Source: Agitococcus sp. | Lineage (GTDB): Bacteria > Pseudomonadota > Gammaproteobacteria > Pseudomonadales > Moraxellaceae | Reading direction: 5' to 3' | NCBI GenBank assembly: GCA_046347315.1 | Contig: JAXMGJ010000008.1 | Span: 1,304 to 65,303 of the forward strand | Length of the DNA: 64,000 nt | In this document: piece by piece, positions 41,886 through 51,803 of the stretch | Position numbering within the stretch: position 1 is the stretch's first letter | How the letters are laid out: every line of letters starts with the position of its first letter | Translations under genes and position numbers: made by a program | The notes under the pieces: generated by a model | Databases searched by the model: none | Told to the model about the DNA's origin: nothing | Seen by the model: the letters and a program-made list of their open reading frames with translations, nothing else

Positions 41886-41929
41886 AAAAATAACCCCATG
41901 TTAGGTCGCTAACATGGGGTTTTTATTTT
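41886..41929. terminator. Bidirectional intrinsic terminator
   Basis: 13-bp stem AACCCCATGTTAG / CTAACATGGGGTT flanked by A and T tracts, between convergent genes. Confidence 0.88.
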
Positions 41930-42120
41930 TAGTGTTGATGTTCGATACGTGCGCGTTGGCGCAGTTCGTCTTCGATATGATGTAATAGTTTTATGGTGCT
42001 GGCGACAGTGTTCGCATTAACGCTGTCATGTACAATCATATCACGGTGTAAATTTTCGAGTTGTAAAATTTGTTGATGAATTTGCTTGGCATCAACAGGA
42101 CTTAACGGCACCATGGTCAT
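41929..42120 (-). CDS. Small hypothetical protein (63 aa)
   Basis: GAAGGAG RBS upstream. Ends at the bidirectional terminator. Helical composition. Confidence 0.6.
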   Translation of the reverse strand: MTMVPLSPVDAKQIHQQILQLENLHRDMIVHDSVNANTVASTIKLLHHIEDELRQRARIEHQH

Positions 42121-42186
42121 AGTTTTTCTCCTTCAAAAATACCGACACTCATCATAGGTATAGCTGATGTTTATCAGTTGTGCCAA

Positions 42187-44697
42187 TTAGAGGCTATTTT
42201 TTATGGATGGATTTAACCATTTGGCCAATAACTGACTTAAAGATTGTAAATTAACAGGTTTGGCAAGGTGGTCATTCATGCCTGCTTCTAAGCACCGTTC
42301 TTCATCACCCTGCATAGCATTTGCAGTTAAGGCAATAATCGGGAGTCGTGCTAAACCTAATCTGCTTTCTTGGTCTCGCCAATGTCGTGTTGCTTCAAAA
42401 CCATCCATAATCGGCATTTGACAGTCCATCAACACCAAATCAAATAGATTGGATGTGCTAAGTTTGGACAGTGCTTCACGCCCATGTTGAGCAATTTCAT
42501 AATTAAGGCCAAGTTTTTGCAGCATTTTGGCAACCACTTGCTGATTAACAGGATTGTCTTCAACAATCAATATCGTGGCTTGAACATTGATTCTAGAGAT
42601 TTCTAACGGTGTGCTTTTTTCGGTTGCAGCATGAGTGGCCAACTGTAAGGGTAATCGAAACCAAAAACGTGAGCCTTGGCCAATGGTGCTTTCGCAATGA
42701 ATTTCCCCACCCATTAATTCAACTAAATGTCGGCAAATTGTGAGTCCCAATCCTGTGCCACCATAACGGCGTGTTGTGGAACTATCGGCTTGGGTGAACG
42801 GTTGAAAAACGCGCTTTTGCTGCTCATCACTCAAGCCAATCCCTGTGTCACTGATACTAAAGGTTAAAGTGGCCGTTTGTTGATCTTGATGATTGAGTTC
42901 TACTGTAAGAGTGATAGTGCCAGATGCAGTAAATTTAATGGCATTATTGAGTAAATTAAGCAAAACTTGTTTAATTCGGTCTGCATCGCCTTGTAATAGC
43001 GGGGGTAAATTAGTTGCAATCTGTGTTCGTAATGGCAGGTTTTTTTGTTCGGCGATGGGGGTAATTATATGTACCACGTCATTAATTAAAGATTCTGTTT
43101 TAAAGACATAGTTTTCGATGGGAAGTTTACCCGCCTCGATGCGTGATACATCTAAAATGTCGTTAATGATTTTGAGCAGAATATTGGCTGAGCCTTGAAT
43201 GGTTTCGGCAAATTCCGTCTGTTCGGGATCTAATTTGGTTTCCAGTAATAAACTAGACATGCCAATCACCCCATTCATGGGGGTTCTAATTTCGTGGCTC
43301 ATCATTGCCAAAAATTCGCCTTTGCTACGGCTAGCTTCTTCGGCTTGTTCTTTGGCGTAGCGCAATTCTTGCTCGTGGCGACGGCGTTCACTAATGTCAT
43401 CAAGTACTCCCGCAATAGCAGATATCTCATTTTCGACATCAGAGGCCAGTGCAAGGCGTAATGATACCCATTTGTGTGAGCCTGTTTTGAGTCTAAACTC
43501 GGTAGCGGTAGTGTGGCCTTCGGTACAAAAACGATGCCAAAATAATCTAAACTTGGGCTGATCCTCAAAACAAATAATATCAATCAGTGCTATCGGAAAC
43601 TGTACTTGATGAGTCAAATCCACAAAAACTGGATTAGCCCATGTCACTTGGCCAGTAAAGTTAGCCGAAAAAACGCCTACAGGAACAACATCACTCAAGG
43701 CATTACGCCATGTTACTGAGCTATCTAAGGCCAAACGAATACGTTTATTGGTGTAAACAGAAATTGCTTCGATAGCGATACCAAATACCCAAATTAACAG
43801 TAACCATAAATATAAACGATGATTGATATTATTGATGTTTCCTTCTAGCCAAGATTTTTTGCTTAAAACATGGATGCTCCACCCTGTAGAAATAGGAACG
43901 GTGGTTTGGTAGTGAACCCATGCTTTGGAGTGTATTGGTAGATGAGAAGCAATAGCAATATCTAAAATATTATCTTTTTGACTGCTGTTGAGTAATGCTT
44001 GGCTGTATGGGTAGGCAATCAGTTGTTTATTTTTGGTATTGCTAATAAATATAAGCTCATGATTACTATCACTGTATTGTCTGAGTAGCTTTTCGAGTTG
44101 GGGTAATATTAAATCAACACTCACCACCCCTTTGGGATGTGCGCTATTGACCGGAAAAGCACGACCACAACTGACGTAAATTAAACCGTTATCAAAATAA
44201 GGGTCGGTGCAATATTGTTCGCCTTTGGCAGCAATAATTCTTTTAAACCATATTTGTTCAGGAAAATTGTATAGAGGTGTCATCCATTCATAAGTGAGTG
44301 TGAGTGTGTTGTCTGCCAAATAATGGGCATAGGGGCCATATAAATGATGTTGAGGATGGGGGGATTGTCCCTTTGCAAACCATACGCCCATGCCATAAAT
44401 TTGCTGTGGTGAAGATGCACGTAACAAATGACGTAAGTTATTTTCAATTAGTTCAGGTTTATTGCTGTATGCATCTGCTAAATAGGTGAGGTTAATGAGT
44501 TGTTGACTAATCGTGGCAAAAGTACTGGTGATTTGGTCGCTTATAATGCGTGATTGTTGTTGTTGATGATGTTTGATTTGTTGACGTTGTTGGGCAATTT
44601 GGGGTTGAAAAGCCAAAATGACGGTAATGCTCGCAATCACACACAGTGTAATGACCACTAGACTGGTTGTAGAGCGTAGCGAGCGAAAAAAATCCAT
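42187..44697 (-). CDS. Hybrid sensor histidine kinase/response regulator (Cache, PAS-like, HisKA, HATPase, REC)
   Basis: Two TM segments around a Cache-like domain (WF...TDPYFD), MSHEIRTPMNG, NAIKFT, DTGIG, GGTGLGL and receiver LMDCQMP. Confidence 0.93.
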   Translation of the reverse strand: MDFFRSLRSTTSLVVITLCVIASITVILAFQPQIAQQRQQIKHHQQQQSRIISDQITSTFATISQQLINLTYLADAYSNKPELIENNLRHLLRASSPQQIYGMGVWFAKGQSPHPQHHLYGPYAHYLADNTLTLTYEWMTPLYNFPEQIWFKRIIAAKGEQYCTDPYFDNGLIYVSCGRAFPVNSAHPKGVVSVDLILPQLEKLLRQYSDSNHELIFISNTKNKQLIAYPYSQALLNSSQKDNILDIAIASHLPIHSKAWVHYQTTVPISTGWSIHVLSKKSWLEGNINNINHRLYLWLLLIWVFGIAIEAISVYTNKRIRLALDSSVTWRNALSDVVPVGVFSANFTGQVTWANPVFVDLTHQVQFPIALIDIICFEDQPKFRLFWHRFCTEGHTTATEFRLKTGSHKWVSLRLALASDVENEISAIAGVLDDISERRRHEQELRYAKEQAEEASRSKGEFLAMMSHEIRTPMNGVIGMSSLLLETKLDPEQTEFAETIQGSANILLKIINDILDVSRIEAGKLPIENYVFKTESLINDVVHIITPIAEQKNLPLRTQIATNLPPLLQGDADRIKQVLLNLLNNAIKFTASGTITLTVELNHQDQQTATLTFSISDTGIGLSDEQQKRVFQPFTQADSSTTRRYGGTGLGLTICRHLVELMGGEIHCESTIGQGSRFWFRLPLQLATHAATEKSTPLEISRINVQATILIVEDNPVNQQVVAKMLQKLGLNYEIAQHGREALSKLSTSNLFDLVLMDCQMPIMDGFEATRHWRDQESRLGLARLPIIALTANAMQGDEERCLEAGMNDHLAKPVNLQSLSQLLAKWLNPSIKNSL

Positions 44698-44727
44698 ATG
44701 TTTGGTATCTATATTCTGTGAATAACT

Positions 44728-44827
44728 CAGGAGTTACGCATTTCACCGAAATTAGCACGTTTTGCGAACTAAAATCGTTGAAAACGATTATTTAGTGAGT
44801 AAATAAGCGATAAGCGCGTAAGTTATA
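44728..44827 (+). mobile_element. MITE, diverged 100-bp copy with 4-bp flanking duplication AACT
   Basis: Begins CAGGAGTTACGCATTTCACCGAAATTAG and ends GCGTAAGTTATA. AACT at 44724-44727 and 44828-44831. Confidence 0.8.
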
Positions 44828-44889
44828 AACTAAGAAGGAGCTTAACCTGAAATTATCACAGAATATAGACAAAATCATCCATCTTACGT

Positions 44890-46125
44890 TTAACTAATTA
44901 AACCAAGTTCCGCTAATAATTGGTAAATTGCAATCATAGCTGCTTTGCGAGGAAATGGATGGTCGAGGTTGGGCGATGCCATTCTAATTGCACGAGGGAA
45001 TGGTGGATAAGAAATATCCCAATGATGACCATGTAACATGGCGGCATGTGTCGCCATAGGAATTTTGATTTTGGCTTGGTCTTGTGTCACCTGCATATCG
45101 TTATTGCCATCATAACGAGTGAGATTGAGACAGTCAGCCATTTGAAAGGTAGGCACTTCAAAGGCTGTGGTAGCGGCAGTAATGTTAATAATTGGAATAT
45201 TTAGTTCATCTAATAATTGATGATATTGGCGGTAAAACTCATTGCGGGCATGAGTGGTCAGACTATGTACTGCGCCTTTAATATCATATTCTTCTAAACG
45301 ACGTAATGAGCCTTTGCGCGTCATTTGTGGTGCTAATAGTTGCAAAAAGTCATGTAACCGACCTGTTAGCAAATCAGTATCGGCATTTTTAATTAATTCA
45401 TAAAAATTGTCAGCTGTATATGAACCACCAATTGCACCAGCCCAAGTGACTACACAACTGACTTTGTCAGCAATTTTGTCGTGATGATGTACTAGTGTAC
45501 TAAAAATATCGGGTGCACCTTTGCTATAGCCCATCAAAAACACTTTATCAGGGGCATCGGCAGTGCGAAATTGATTGCTTAAAGGGCCAGGGTCGGCTTG
45601 AAAGCCCTTGCCTTCTAAAATGGCGGCTAATAAGTCTGCTTCATTGGCTTCGCAACTACGTACAGGGTGTAGGTCAGCTTGAAAAATTTTCCAGCCGTAT
45701 TCATCTTCCAGTTGGGGAAACTCTTGCGAGAAAGCGTGAGCTGGTAATAAGCCATTAATAAAACCAGGGCAAAACACTAAGGTGTCGTCAATTTGCATAT
45801 TTGCCTGCACGCTAGGCATATTTAATTGCCATTCGGTGATATGGGCATCGCCTTTTAAAAAACGTTCAGCAATTTTTTGCTCTGCACTGCGTTTGTCTTT
45901 GCCGAGTTTTTTGGTTGCCACTTTTAGCGCGTGCTTGTCGTGAGTCGCTGCCTGAATAAATAAATTACGCCAGCGTTTGCCAATCCATTCTTTGACATAA
46001 GGGTCAGCAAAAGTGCGTTTGTTGTGCGCTAATTGTTCTTTGACGATGCGAATAACGGCTAAATAGTCACCTTGTTGTTCTAACTGTTTGAGTTCTTTGG
46101 CTAAGGGGCTAAGGGCGTAAGGCAT
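44890..46125 (-). CDS. Uncharacterised alpha/beta hydrolase (lipase-like)
   Basis: VFCPGF oxyanion region, GYSKG nucleophile elbow, NDMQV and HGHHWD. Confidence 0.7.
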   Translation of the reverse strand: MPYALSPLAKELKQLEQQGDYLAVIRIVKEQLAHNKRTFADPYVKEWIGKRWRNLFIQAATHDKHALKVATKKLGKDKRSAEQKIAERFLKGDAHITEWQLNMPSVQANMQIDDTLVFCPGFINGLLPAHAFSQEFPQLEDEYGWKIFQADLHPVRSCEANEADLLAAILEGKGFQADPGPLSNQFRTADAPDKVFLMGYSKGAPDIFSTLVHHHDKIADKVSCVVTWAGAIGGSYTADNFYELIKNADTDLLTGRLHDFLQLLAPQMTRKGSLRRLEEYDIKGAVHSLTTHARNEFYRQYHQLLDELNIPIINITAATTAFEVPTFQMADCLNLTRYDGNNDMQVTQDQAKIKIPMATHAAMLHGHHWDISYPPFPRAIRMASPNLDHPFPRKAAMIAIYQLLAELGLIS

Positions 46126-46232
46126 GATAATTCTCGTCTAAAATTTATATTTTTATAGTAACGAGAAAGAGTATGTGCTGCTTTGGAAAAAATGCCAATT
46201 ATTTGATGGATAAAGACAAAATGTTGTTTAAC

Positions 46233-46272
46233 TCTCACTCCTTAGTATTAAATTATAGCGTAAGGAGTGAGA
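46233..46272 (-). terminator. Hairpin downstream of yggX
   Basis: 12-bp inverted repeat TCTCACTCCTTA / TAAGGAGTGAGA. Confidence 0.55.
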
Positions 46273-46285
46273 TGTCTAAACAATA

Positions 46286-46558
46286 CTACTTTTTCTCAGG
46301 TGTCCAGCCTTTAGGACGCTCATAATCTGCATTACTAAAAAACTTTTCGCGTTGTTCATCTAAAAAAACATGCGTTTCTGCTTGCATCACATTTAGGTGG
46401 TTTTCGTTAATTAACATGGTTTGATGTTTGAGCCACTCTTGCCATGCTTGTTTAGAAACCGTTTCAAAAATGGTTTGGCCTTTTGCGCCATTAAACGGTG
46501 GAAAAGCTAAGCCTTCCATTTCTTGTTGATATTTACGACACATTACCATCCGCGTCAT
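46286..46558 (-). CDS. yggX: Fe-S cluster oxidative damage protection protein
   Basis: [22 protein letters not shown] and QTMLINE. Confidence 0.95.
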   Translation of the reverse strand: MTRMVMCRKYQQEMEGLAFPPFNGAKGQTIFETVSKQAWQEWLKHQTMLINENHLNVMQAETHVFLDEQREKFFSNADYERPKGWTPEKK

Positions 46559-46560
46559 GA

Positions 46561-47949
46561 TTAAGCTCCTATACGCTTGCGTGCGCGTTGCACAGCGGCA
46601 ACAACTTGATTGGGGGCTGTGCCACCAATATGGTTACGCGCATTGACTGAACCTTCTAAACTTAAAACTTCAAACACATCTTGTTCAATGGTGGTTGAGA
46701 ACTGTTGTAATTCGGCCAAGGTCATGGCACTCAAGTCTTTGCCGGTTTGTACGCCATAAGCAACAGCTTTACCAACAATTTCGTGAGCATCTCTAAATGC
46801 CGTGCCGCGTTTTACTAAATAATCGGCTAAATCGGTAGCTGTTGCAAAACCGCGTAAAGCCGCTTCACGCATGGCTTCGCGATTAGGTTTAAGTGCAGGT
46901 ACCATATCAGCAAACGCGCGTAAGCTCGCCTGTAAGGTGTCTAAAGCATCAAATAATGGTTCTTTGTCTTCTTGATTATCTTTGTTGTAGGCTAAAGGTT
47001 GGCCTTTCATTAAAGTTAATAAGCTAATTAAATGACCATTCACACGGCCTGTTTTGCCACGGACTAATTCGGGCACATCAGGGTTTTTCTTTTGTGGCAT
47101 GATGCTCGAGCCAGTACAAAAGCGATCAGGAATATCGACAAATTTAAATTGTTGAGAATTCCACAAAATTAATTCTTCGCTCATACGAGATAAATGCATC
47201 ATGGTTAATGAGGCAGCAGCGCAAAACTCAATGGCAAAATCACGATCAGAAACCGCATCTAAAGAGTTTTCGCAAACTGCTTCAAAACCTAAGAGTTCAG
47301 CAGTATAAGCGCGATCGATGGGGTAGGTTGTTCCCGCTAAAGCCGCAGAGCCTAAAGGCATACGATTAACCCGTTTACGGCAATCGGCTAAACGTTCGTC
47401 ATCACGCACCAACATTTCAAACCAAGCTAACAGATGATGACCAAAGGTGACAGGTTGAGCCGTTTGTAAATGAGTAAAACCAGCCATAATTGTACTGGCT
47501 TCGCGTTCGGCTAAGTCTAATAAACCTGTTTGCAGACGGCGTAAAATAGCACGTGTTTGGTCAATTTCATCGCGTAAATATAAACGAATATCGGTGGCTA
47601 CTTGGTCATTACGGCTACGTCCTGTATGAAGCTTTTTACCAGCAATACCAATTCTATCGGTTAAGCGCGATTCGATATTCATATGAACATCTTCTAAGTC
47701 CACGCGCCATTCAAATTTACCTGTCTCAATTTCTTGCTTAATGGCAGTTAAACCATCAATAATAGCGTCCCGCTCGCTGTTGCTTAACACGCCAACTTTG
47801 GCAAGCATGGTGGCATGAGCGATTGAACCTTGAATATCATGCTGGTATAACCGTTTATCAAAATTGACAGACGCGGTAAACTCGGCAACAAAAGCATCTG
47901 TGGCTTCACTAAAGCGGCCACCCCACATCGAGGAAGAGTGTGTAGTCAT
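46561..47949 (-). CDS. argH: Argininosuccinate lyase
   Basis: [16 protein letters not shown] and [12 protein letters not shown]. Start moved to 47949. Confidence 0.98.
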   Translation of the reverse strand: MTTHSSSMWGGRFSEATDAFVAEFTASVNFDKRLYQHDIQGSIAHATMLAKVGVLSNSERDAIIDGLTAIKQEIETGKFEWRVDLEDVHMNIESRLTDRIGIAGKKLHTGRSRNDQVATDIRLYLRDEIDQTRAILRRLQTGLLDLAEREASTIMAGFTHLQTAQPVTFGHHLLAWFEMLVRDDERLADCRKRVNRMPLGSAALAGTTYPIDRAYTAELLGFEAVCENSLDAVSDRDFAIEFCAAASLTMMHLSRMSEELILWNSQQFKFVDIPDRFCTGSSIMPQKKNPDVPELVRGKTGRVNGHLISLLTLMKGQPLAYNKDNQEDKEPLFDALDTLQASLRAFADMVPALKPNREAMREAALRGFATATDLADYLVKRGTAFRDAHEIVGKAVAYGVQTGKDLSAMTLAELQQFSTTIEQDVFEVLSLEGSVNARNHIGGTAPNQVVAAVQRARKRIGA

Positions 47950-48005
47950 AAAAATACTGCTAATTGATAAAAACAACGAAAACTTTCTAAGAGTATAAAA
48001 CAATT

Positions 48006-49097
48006 ATGCCGCAAACCGTTAATAATCCCAATAACACCGCTTTAGATGATTTTTTCTTGCCAGATTTGTGCAATATGAAGGCGGTATTGCGTTTATTAGT
48101 GGCAACCGAGTTGTTAGCAGTTTTTTTGACGCTGGCTAATTTGGAGCGTTTGCATCCCTTTCCTTGGGCGGATTTGGGCTTAAAATCGTTTTTGTTGGCA
48201 TGGGTTGCCATCAGTACTGCAGCATTAGTTTGCATATTAAGAAGGCATTTGCATAAGCTAAAGCATTCTTATGCGGCTTTTATCATCTTTTTTGTGTTTT
48301 TGGCATTAGTGGCCTTTTTTACCTTTGCAGCCGAAGGTATCTTGTTGTATTTACAAATTCGCCAAATTGGTGAGGTTGATTTGAGTGCGAGTTTACTGCG
48401 TAATGTGTTGATGGGTGGCATTATTGGCGGTTTGGTATTGCGTTATTTTTATTTGCAAGAAATGATTCTACGCAAACAACGTGCTGAATTAATGGCTCGT
48501 GTTCAAGCCCTACAAGCACGAATTAGACCGCACTTTTTATTTAACTCTATGAATATTATTGCCAGTTTGATTGTGGTTGACCCCGACAAAGCAGAGCGAG
48601 TGGTAGAAGATTTGTCGGCTCTTTTTAGAGCAAGTTTAAAAGTGGAAGGTGAAGTACCACTTAGCGATGAAATACGCTTATGTAATAGTTACTTAAATAT
48701 CGAAAAATTGCGTTTGGGCAAACGTTTAGATTTTGAATGGCGTTTTGAGAATCTAAAATCAGATTTGCGTATTCCTGCTTTAACATTACAGCCTTTATTA
48801 GAAAATGCCATTTATCATGGTGTAGAATTGGATGACAATGGTGGAAAAGTCACTATTCTTATTAAATGGACAGGTAAAGAAGTGCAGATAGTGATTACCA
48901 ATCCCTATCATCAATATAAAAAAAGCAAACATAAAGGCAATAATATGGCAGTGGCCAATATTCAAGAACGACTACAAATGTATTATGGTGCTAAGGCTAC
49001 CTTGCGTGTGGCAGCAGCCGATCAGTTTTTTACCACACAAATTAGTTACCCTTTAGAAGAGCAGCAGGCTTATATTACCGAGACAAAAGCGACATAG
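48006..49097 (+). CDS. algZ: LytS-type sensor kinase FimS/AlgZ
   Basis: FFLPDLC, ALQARIRPHFLFNSMN and LQPLLENAIYHG. argH-algZ-algR-hemC synteny. Confidence 0.88.
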   Translation: MPQTVNNPNNTALDDFFLPDLCNMKAVLRLLVATELLAVFLTLANLERLHPFPWADLGLKSFLLAWVAISTAALVCILRRHLHKLKHSYAAFIIFFVFLALVAFFTFAAEGILLYLQIRQIGEVDLSASLLRNVLMGGIIGGLVLRYFYLQEMILRKQRAELMARVQALQARIRPHFLFNSMNIIASLIVVDPDKAERVVEDLSALFRASLKVEGEVPLSDEIRLCNSYLNIEKLRLGKRLDFEWRFENLKSDLRIPALTLQPLLENAIYHGVELDDNGGKVTILIKWTGKEVQIVITNPYHQYKKSKHKGNNMAVANIQERLQMYYGAKATLRVAAADQFFTTQISYPLEEQQAYITETKAT

Positions 49098-49139
49098 CAT
49101 AAGCAGCGTATTAAAAATACAATAATTATTGGAGGTTGT

Positions 49140-49883
49140 ATGCGTATTTTGGTGTGTGATGATGAAGCCTTAGCGCGTGAGCGATTGGTGCGCTTGTTAC
49201 GCGATGTGCCTGATTGTGAAGTGGTAGGTGAGGCCGAAAATGGTCGCGAAGCGATTGATAAAGTAGAGTTATTAGAACCTGATTTAGTGTTACTAGATAT
49301 TCGTATGCCTGTTATGGACGGGATTGCTTGTGCCGAAGCACTTGCTCAATTAGATAGTCCACCTGCAGTGATATTTATTACCGCTTTTGATGAACACGCC
49401 TTGGCTGCTTTTCAGGTAGAGGCGGTTGGCTATTTATTAAAGCCTGTGCGTCGCGAACAACTTAATGAGGCTTTGGCACGGGCAGCTCGTCTTAATCGGG
49501 CGCAATTGCAGCAAATTAAAGAAAAAGTAGAAAAAACACCCAAATCAGATGCGCGACAACATATTGCAGCACGTACTCATCGGGGTATGGAGTTGATTCC
49601 GATTAACGAGGTTTATTATTTTTTGGCTGACCAAAAATATATTACGGTACGTCATAGTCGTGGTGAAATCTTGATTGATGAAACACTCAAAGAATTAGAA
49701 GAAGAGTTTGGTGACCGATTTTTACGCATACACCGTAATGCCTTATTAGCACCACAGTTTTTGGAAGGTTTAGAAGTTAACTCAGCGGGACAAACATTTG
49801 TTCGTTTTAAAGGCATTGCCGAGAAACTACTGGTTAGCAGACGTCATTTGTCGCATTTACGCGAAAAAATACAAACTTTGTAA
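49140..49883 (+). CDS. algR: LytTR family response regulator AlgR
   Basis: REC domain (DDE, LDIRMP) plus LytTR domain (ADQKY, FLRIHRNAL, VSRRH). Confidence 0.9.
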   Translation: MRILVCDDEALARERLVRLLRDVPDCEVVGEAENGREAIDKVELLEPDLVLLDIRMPVMDGIACAEALAQLDSPPAVIFITAFDEHALAAFQVEAVGYLLKPVRREQLNEALARAARLNRAQLQQIKEKVEKTPKSDARQHIAARTHRGMELIPINEVYYFLADQKYITVRHSRGEILIDETLKELEEEFGDRFLRIHRNALLAPQFLEGLEVNSAGQTFVRFKGIAEKLLVSRRHLSHLREKIQTL

Positions 49884-50095
49884 ATTTGTGGTAATCAAGC
49901 ATTTGCTTAGATGACAAATATTCTTTATGCCTTTAGAATGGTGAAGCTTACGCTTGACGTAAGCAATTAAAACAATAAACACAAAGAGCTTACGCAAACC
50001 TACATTGATAGTCGGCTGTTTTACTGTTCATAAGCCACACTTCAACGGCATCACCGCGTTGGTTCTAAAATAATACACATAGTCGAGGATTGTTT

Positions 50096-51211
50096 ATGAG
50101 TGGCTGGCGTAAAACGTTGATTTCGTCTTTGTGGTTGACTGTGGTTGCAATAACTTTGTCAGGTTGTGCAGCCAATATGCACAATGTTAAAACCGAAGAG
50201 CCTGCAAAATATATTTTGGGCGATAATGCCACTGATGCGCGTTATTTTTATACCCGTAGTGGATTACGCTTATTTGGCCAATGGTGGTTACCACAAAATA
50301 AAGAAAAACCTCGAGCGATTGTATTATTAGCGCATGGTACAGTATTACACTCGGGTTTTTATGATCCGTGGGCAACCGAGCTAACCAAACACGGCTATGC
50401 GGTATTTGGCATCGATTTACGTGGTTGGGGACAGTCACAAGGCTATGGTCGTCGTGGTAATGTTGCTAATTATGATGAATATGTCGAAGACTTGACTTTG
50501 GCACGTCGAGAGGTACGACGTCGTTTTCCTAACGTGCCTGTGTATTTGCAAGGGGAATCATTAGGTGGTGCTGTTGTTTTATTATCTCATATTATGAATG
50601 AAGTCACCACAGACGGACTTATTCTTAATGCCCCTGCGGTCAAAATTAACCCATTGGCACAGTGGAGCTTGTGGGGACAAGCACAAATGACTAAAGCCAT
50701 TCCTGAAATGCCAATGTTACCTTTATTCAAGTCGATGACGGGTTTAGTATTAACCGACCCTAAAGCACAAGAACGTTTTTGGACAGATCCACTGACAACG
50801 CGCAAAGCATTAGGAGCTGGATTTGTGACTGCTTTGCAAGATGCTACCGAACGTCTTCAACTTAATGTCAATAATGTACGCGCACCAATGTTAATCATTC
50901 AAGGCACTAAAGATTATGTTATTCCGCCTAGCTCTAGTGAGTTTTTACTCAAAACGGCTCAAAGTAATGATAAAACCTTGCGTTTAGTGGATGGCTTGCA
51001 TCACTCCACTTTACATGACAAAGAAAAGCAAAAAGTCTGGGATGAGACCATTGCATGGCTAGATATTCACGCTGACCAAGCATTGGCTGCACGCAAAAAA
51101 TTACCTGAGGATACAGAACTCTCTGCGGCTGATGAGCAAAACACGGCTAAAGAAAAAGCGGCTTATCGTCCAAAGTACCCAAAACTTACTATGACAACAA
51201 CGAGGAACTAA
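50096..51211 (+). CDS. Lysophospholipase/monoacylglycerol lipase-like alpha/beta hydrolase, lipoprotein
   Basis: Lipobox LSGC, LAHG, DLRGWGQS.G.RG, GESLGG, QGTKD and GLHH. Confidence 0.85.
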   Translation: MSGWRKTLISSLWLTVVAITLSGCAANMHNVKTEEPAKYILGDNATDARYFYTRSGLRLFGQWWLPQNKEKPRAIVLLAHGTVLHSGFYDPWATELTKHGYAVFGIDLRGWGQSQGYGRRGNVANYDEYVEDLTLARREVRRRFPNVPVYLQGESLGGAVVLLSHIMNEVTTDGLILNAPAVKINPLAQWSLWGQAQMTKAIPEMPMLPLFKSMTGLVLTDPKAQERFWTDPLTTRKALGAGFVTALQDATERLQLNVNNVRAPMLIIQGTKDYVIPPSSSEFLLKTAQSNDKTLRLVDGLHHSTLHDKEKQKVWDETIAWLDIHADQALAARKKLPEDTELSAADEQNTAKEKAAYRPKYPKLTMTTTRN

Positions 51212-51214
51212 TTA

Positions 51215-51526
51215 ATGAAACATTTGTTGTGGCCAGTTTTAGTTGCCACCTTGCTTTCGGGTTGTGCAACTGCCGTTAGCCCTGTCACGGGCGCATTATA
51301 TAGCAATGTTAGAGCTCCTTTATTGGTGACAGATAGTACCGAAAAACCTACTAAAGTAGGTCGTGCTACCATGCGTTCTATTTTGGGGGTTTATGCAGTC
51401 GGTGATGCTAGTGTTGAGTCTGCTGCTAAAAATGCAGGTATCACACATATTCACCATGTCGATTATCATACCCAAAACTTAATGGGCGTAGTGTCTGACT
51501 TTACTGTAATTGTGTATGGTAACTAG
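51215..51526 (+). CDS. TRL-like family small lipoprotein
   Basis: Lipobox LSGC, plus K.GRAT..SILG..A.GDASVE.A.KNAGIT.IHHVDY...VYG. Confidence 0.8.
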   Translation: MKHLLWPVLVATLLSGCATAVSPVTGALYSNVRAPLLVTDSTEKPTKVGRATMRSILGVYAVGDASVESAAKNAGITHIHHVDYHTQNLMGVVSDFTVIVYGN

Positions 51527-51528
51527 AG

Positions 51529-51592
51529 TTGGATATCCTCTCCGCCCTTGAACGGCGGAGATTCCTTCCGCCAAAGGGTAATATGCTACCGC
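51529..51592 (-). mobile_element. IS200/IS605-family right-end remnant (tnpB 3' tail / omegaRNA terminal hairpin), no transposase
   Basis: The minus strand reads GCGGTAGCATATTACCCTTTGGCGGAAGGAATCTCCGCCGTTCAAGGGCGGAGAGGATATCCAA, resembling the GGAATCCCC...GGGGAGGATGTCAA right-end consensus. Confidence 0.65.
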
Positions 51593-51803
51593 ACATCGCT
51601 GCTCATCACGAAGATATTCTGATTCCGTGAGATGTTTCTTTCTTCTTGGTCATAAGTAGCGCTAAATAAACGATCCATCTTGCTAGTTTATGGCAAATCA
51701 CAAAGGGAGGACTATTCGCCCTGTCACCACCTTATATCATTTTTGTTAGCGGTTATCTATTTAAGGTATGATGTAGTTATTCAAAATTAGACAGAGCCTA
51801 TTG

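Noticed and set aside
44507-44758. 83-aa minus-strand ORF starting inside the MITE
   Set aside because: It is out of frame with the kinase, starts within repeat sequence and has no support.
17506-44827. Dispersed repeats as a CRISPR array or integron attC sites
   Set aside because: The copies are kilobases apart with no regular spacers and no cas or intI genes. They lack RYYYAAC/GTTRRRY ends and lie after core genes.
49944-49996. GCTTACGC motifs resembling the MITE end upstream of the lipase gene
   Set aside because: Only 7-8 nt match, with no partner end or subterminal similarity, so chance is likely.
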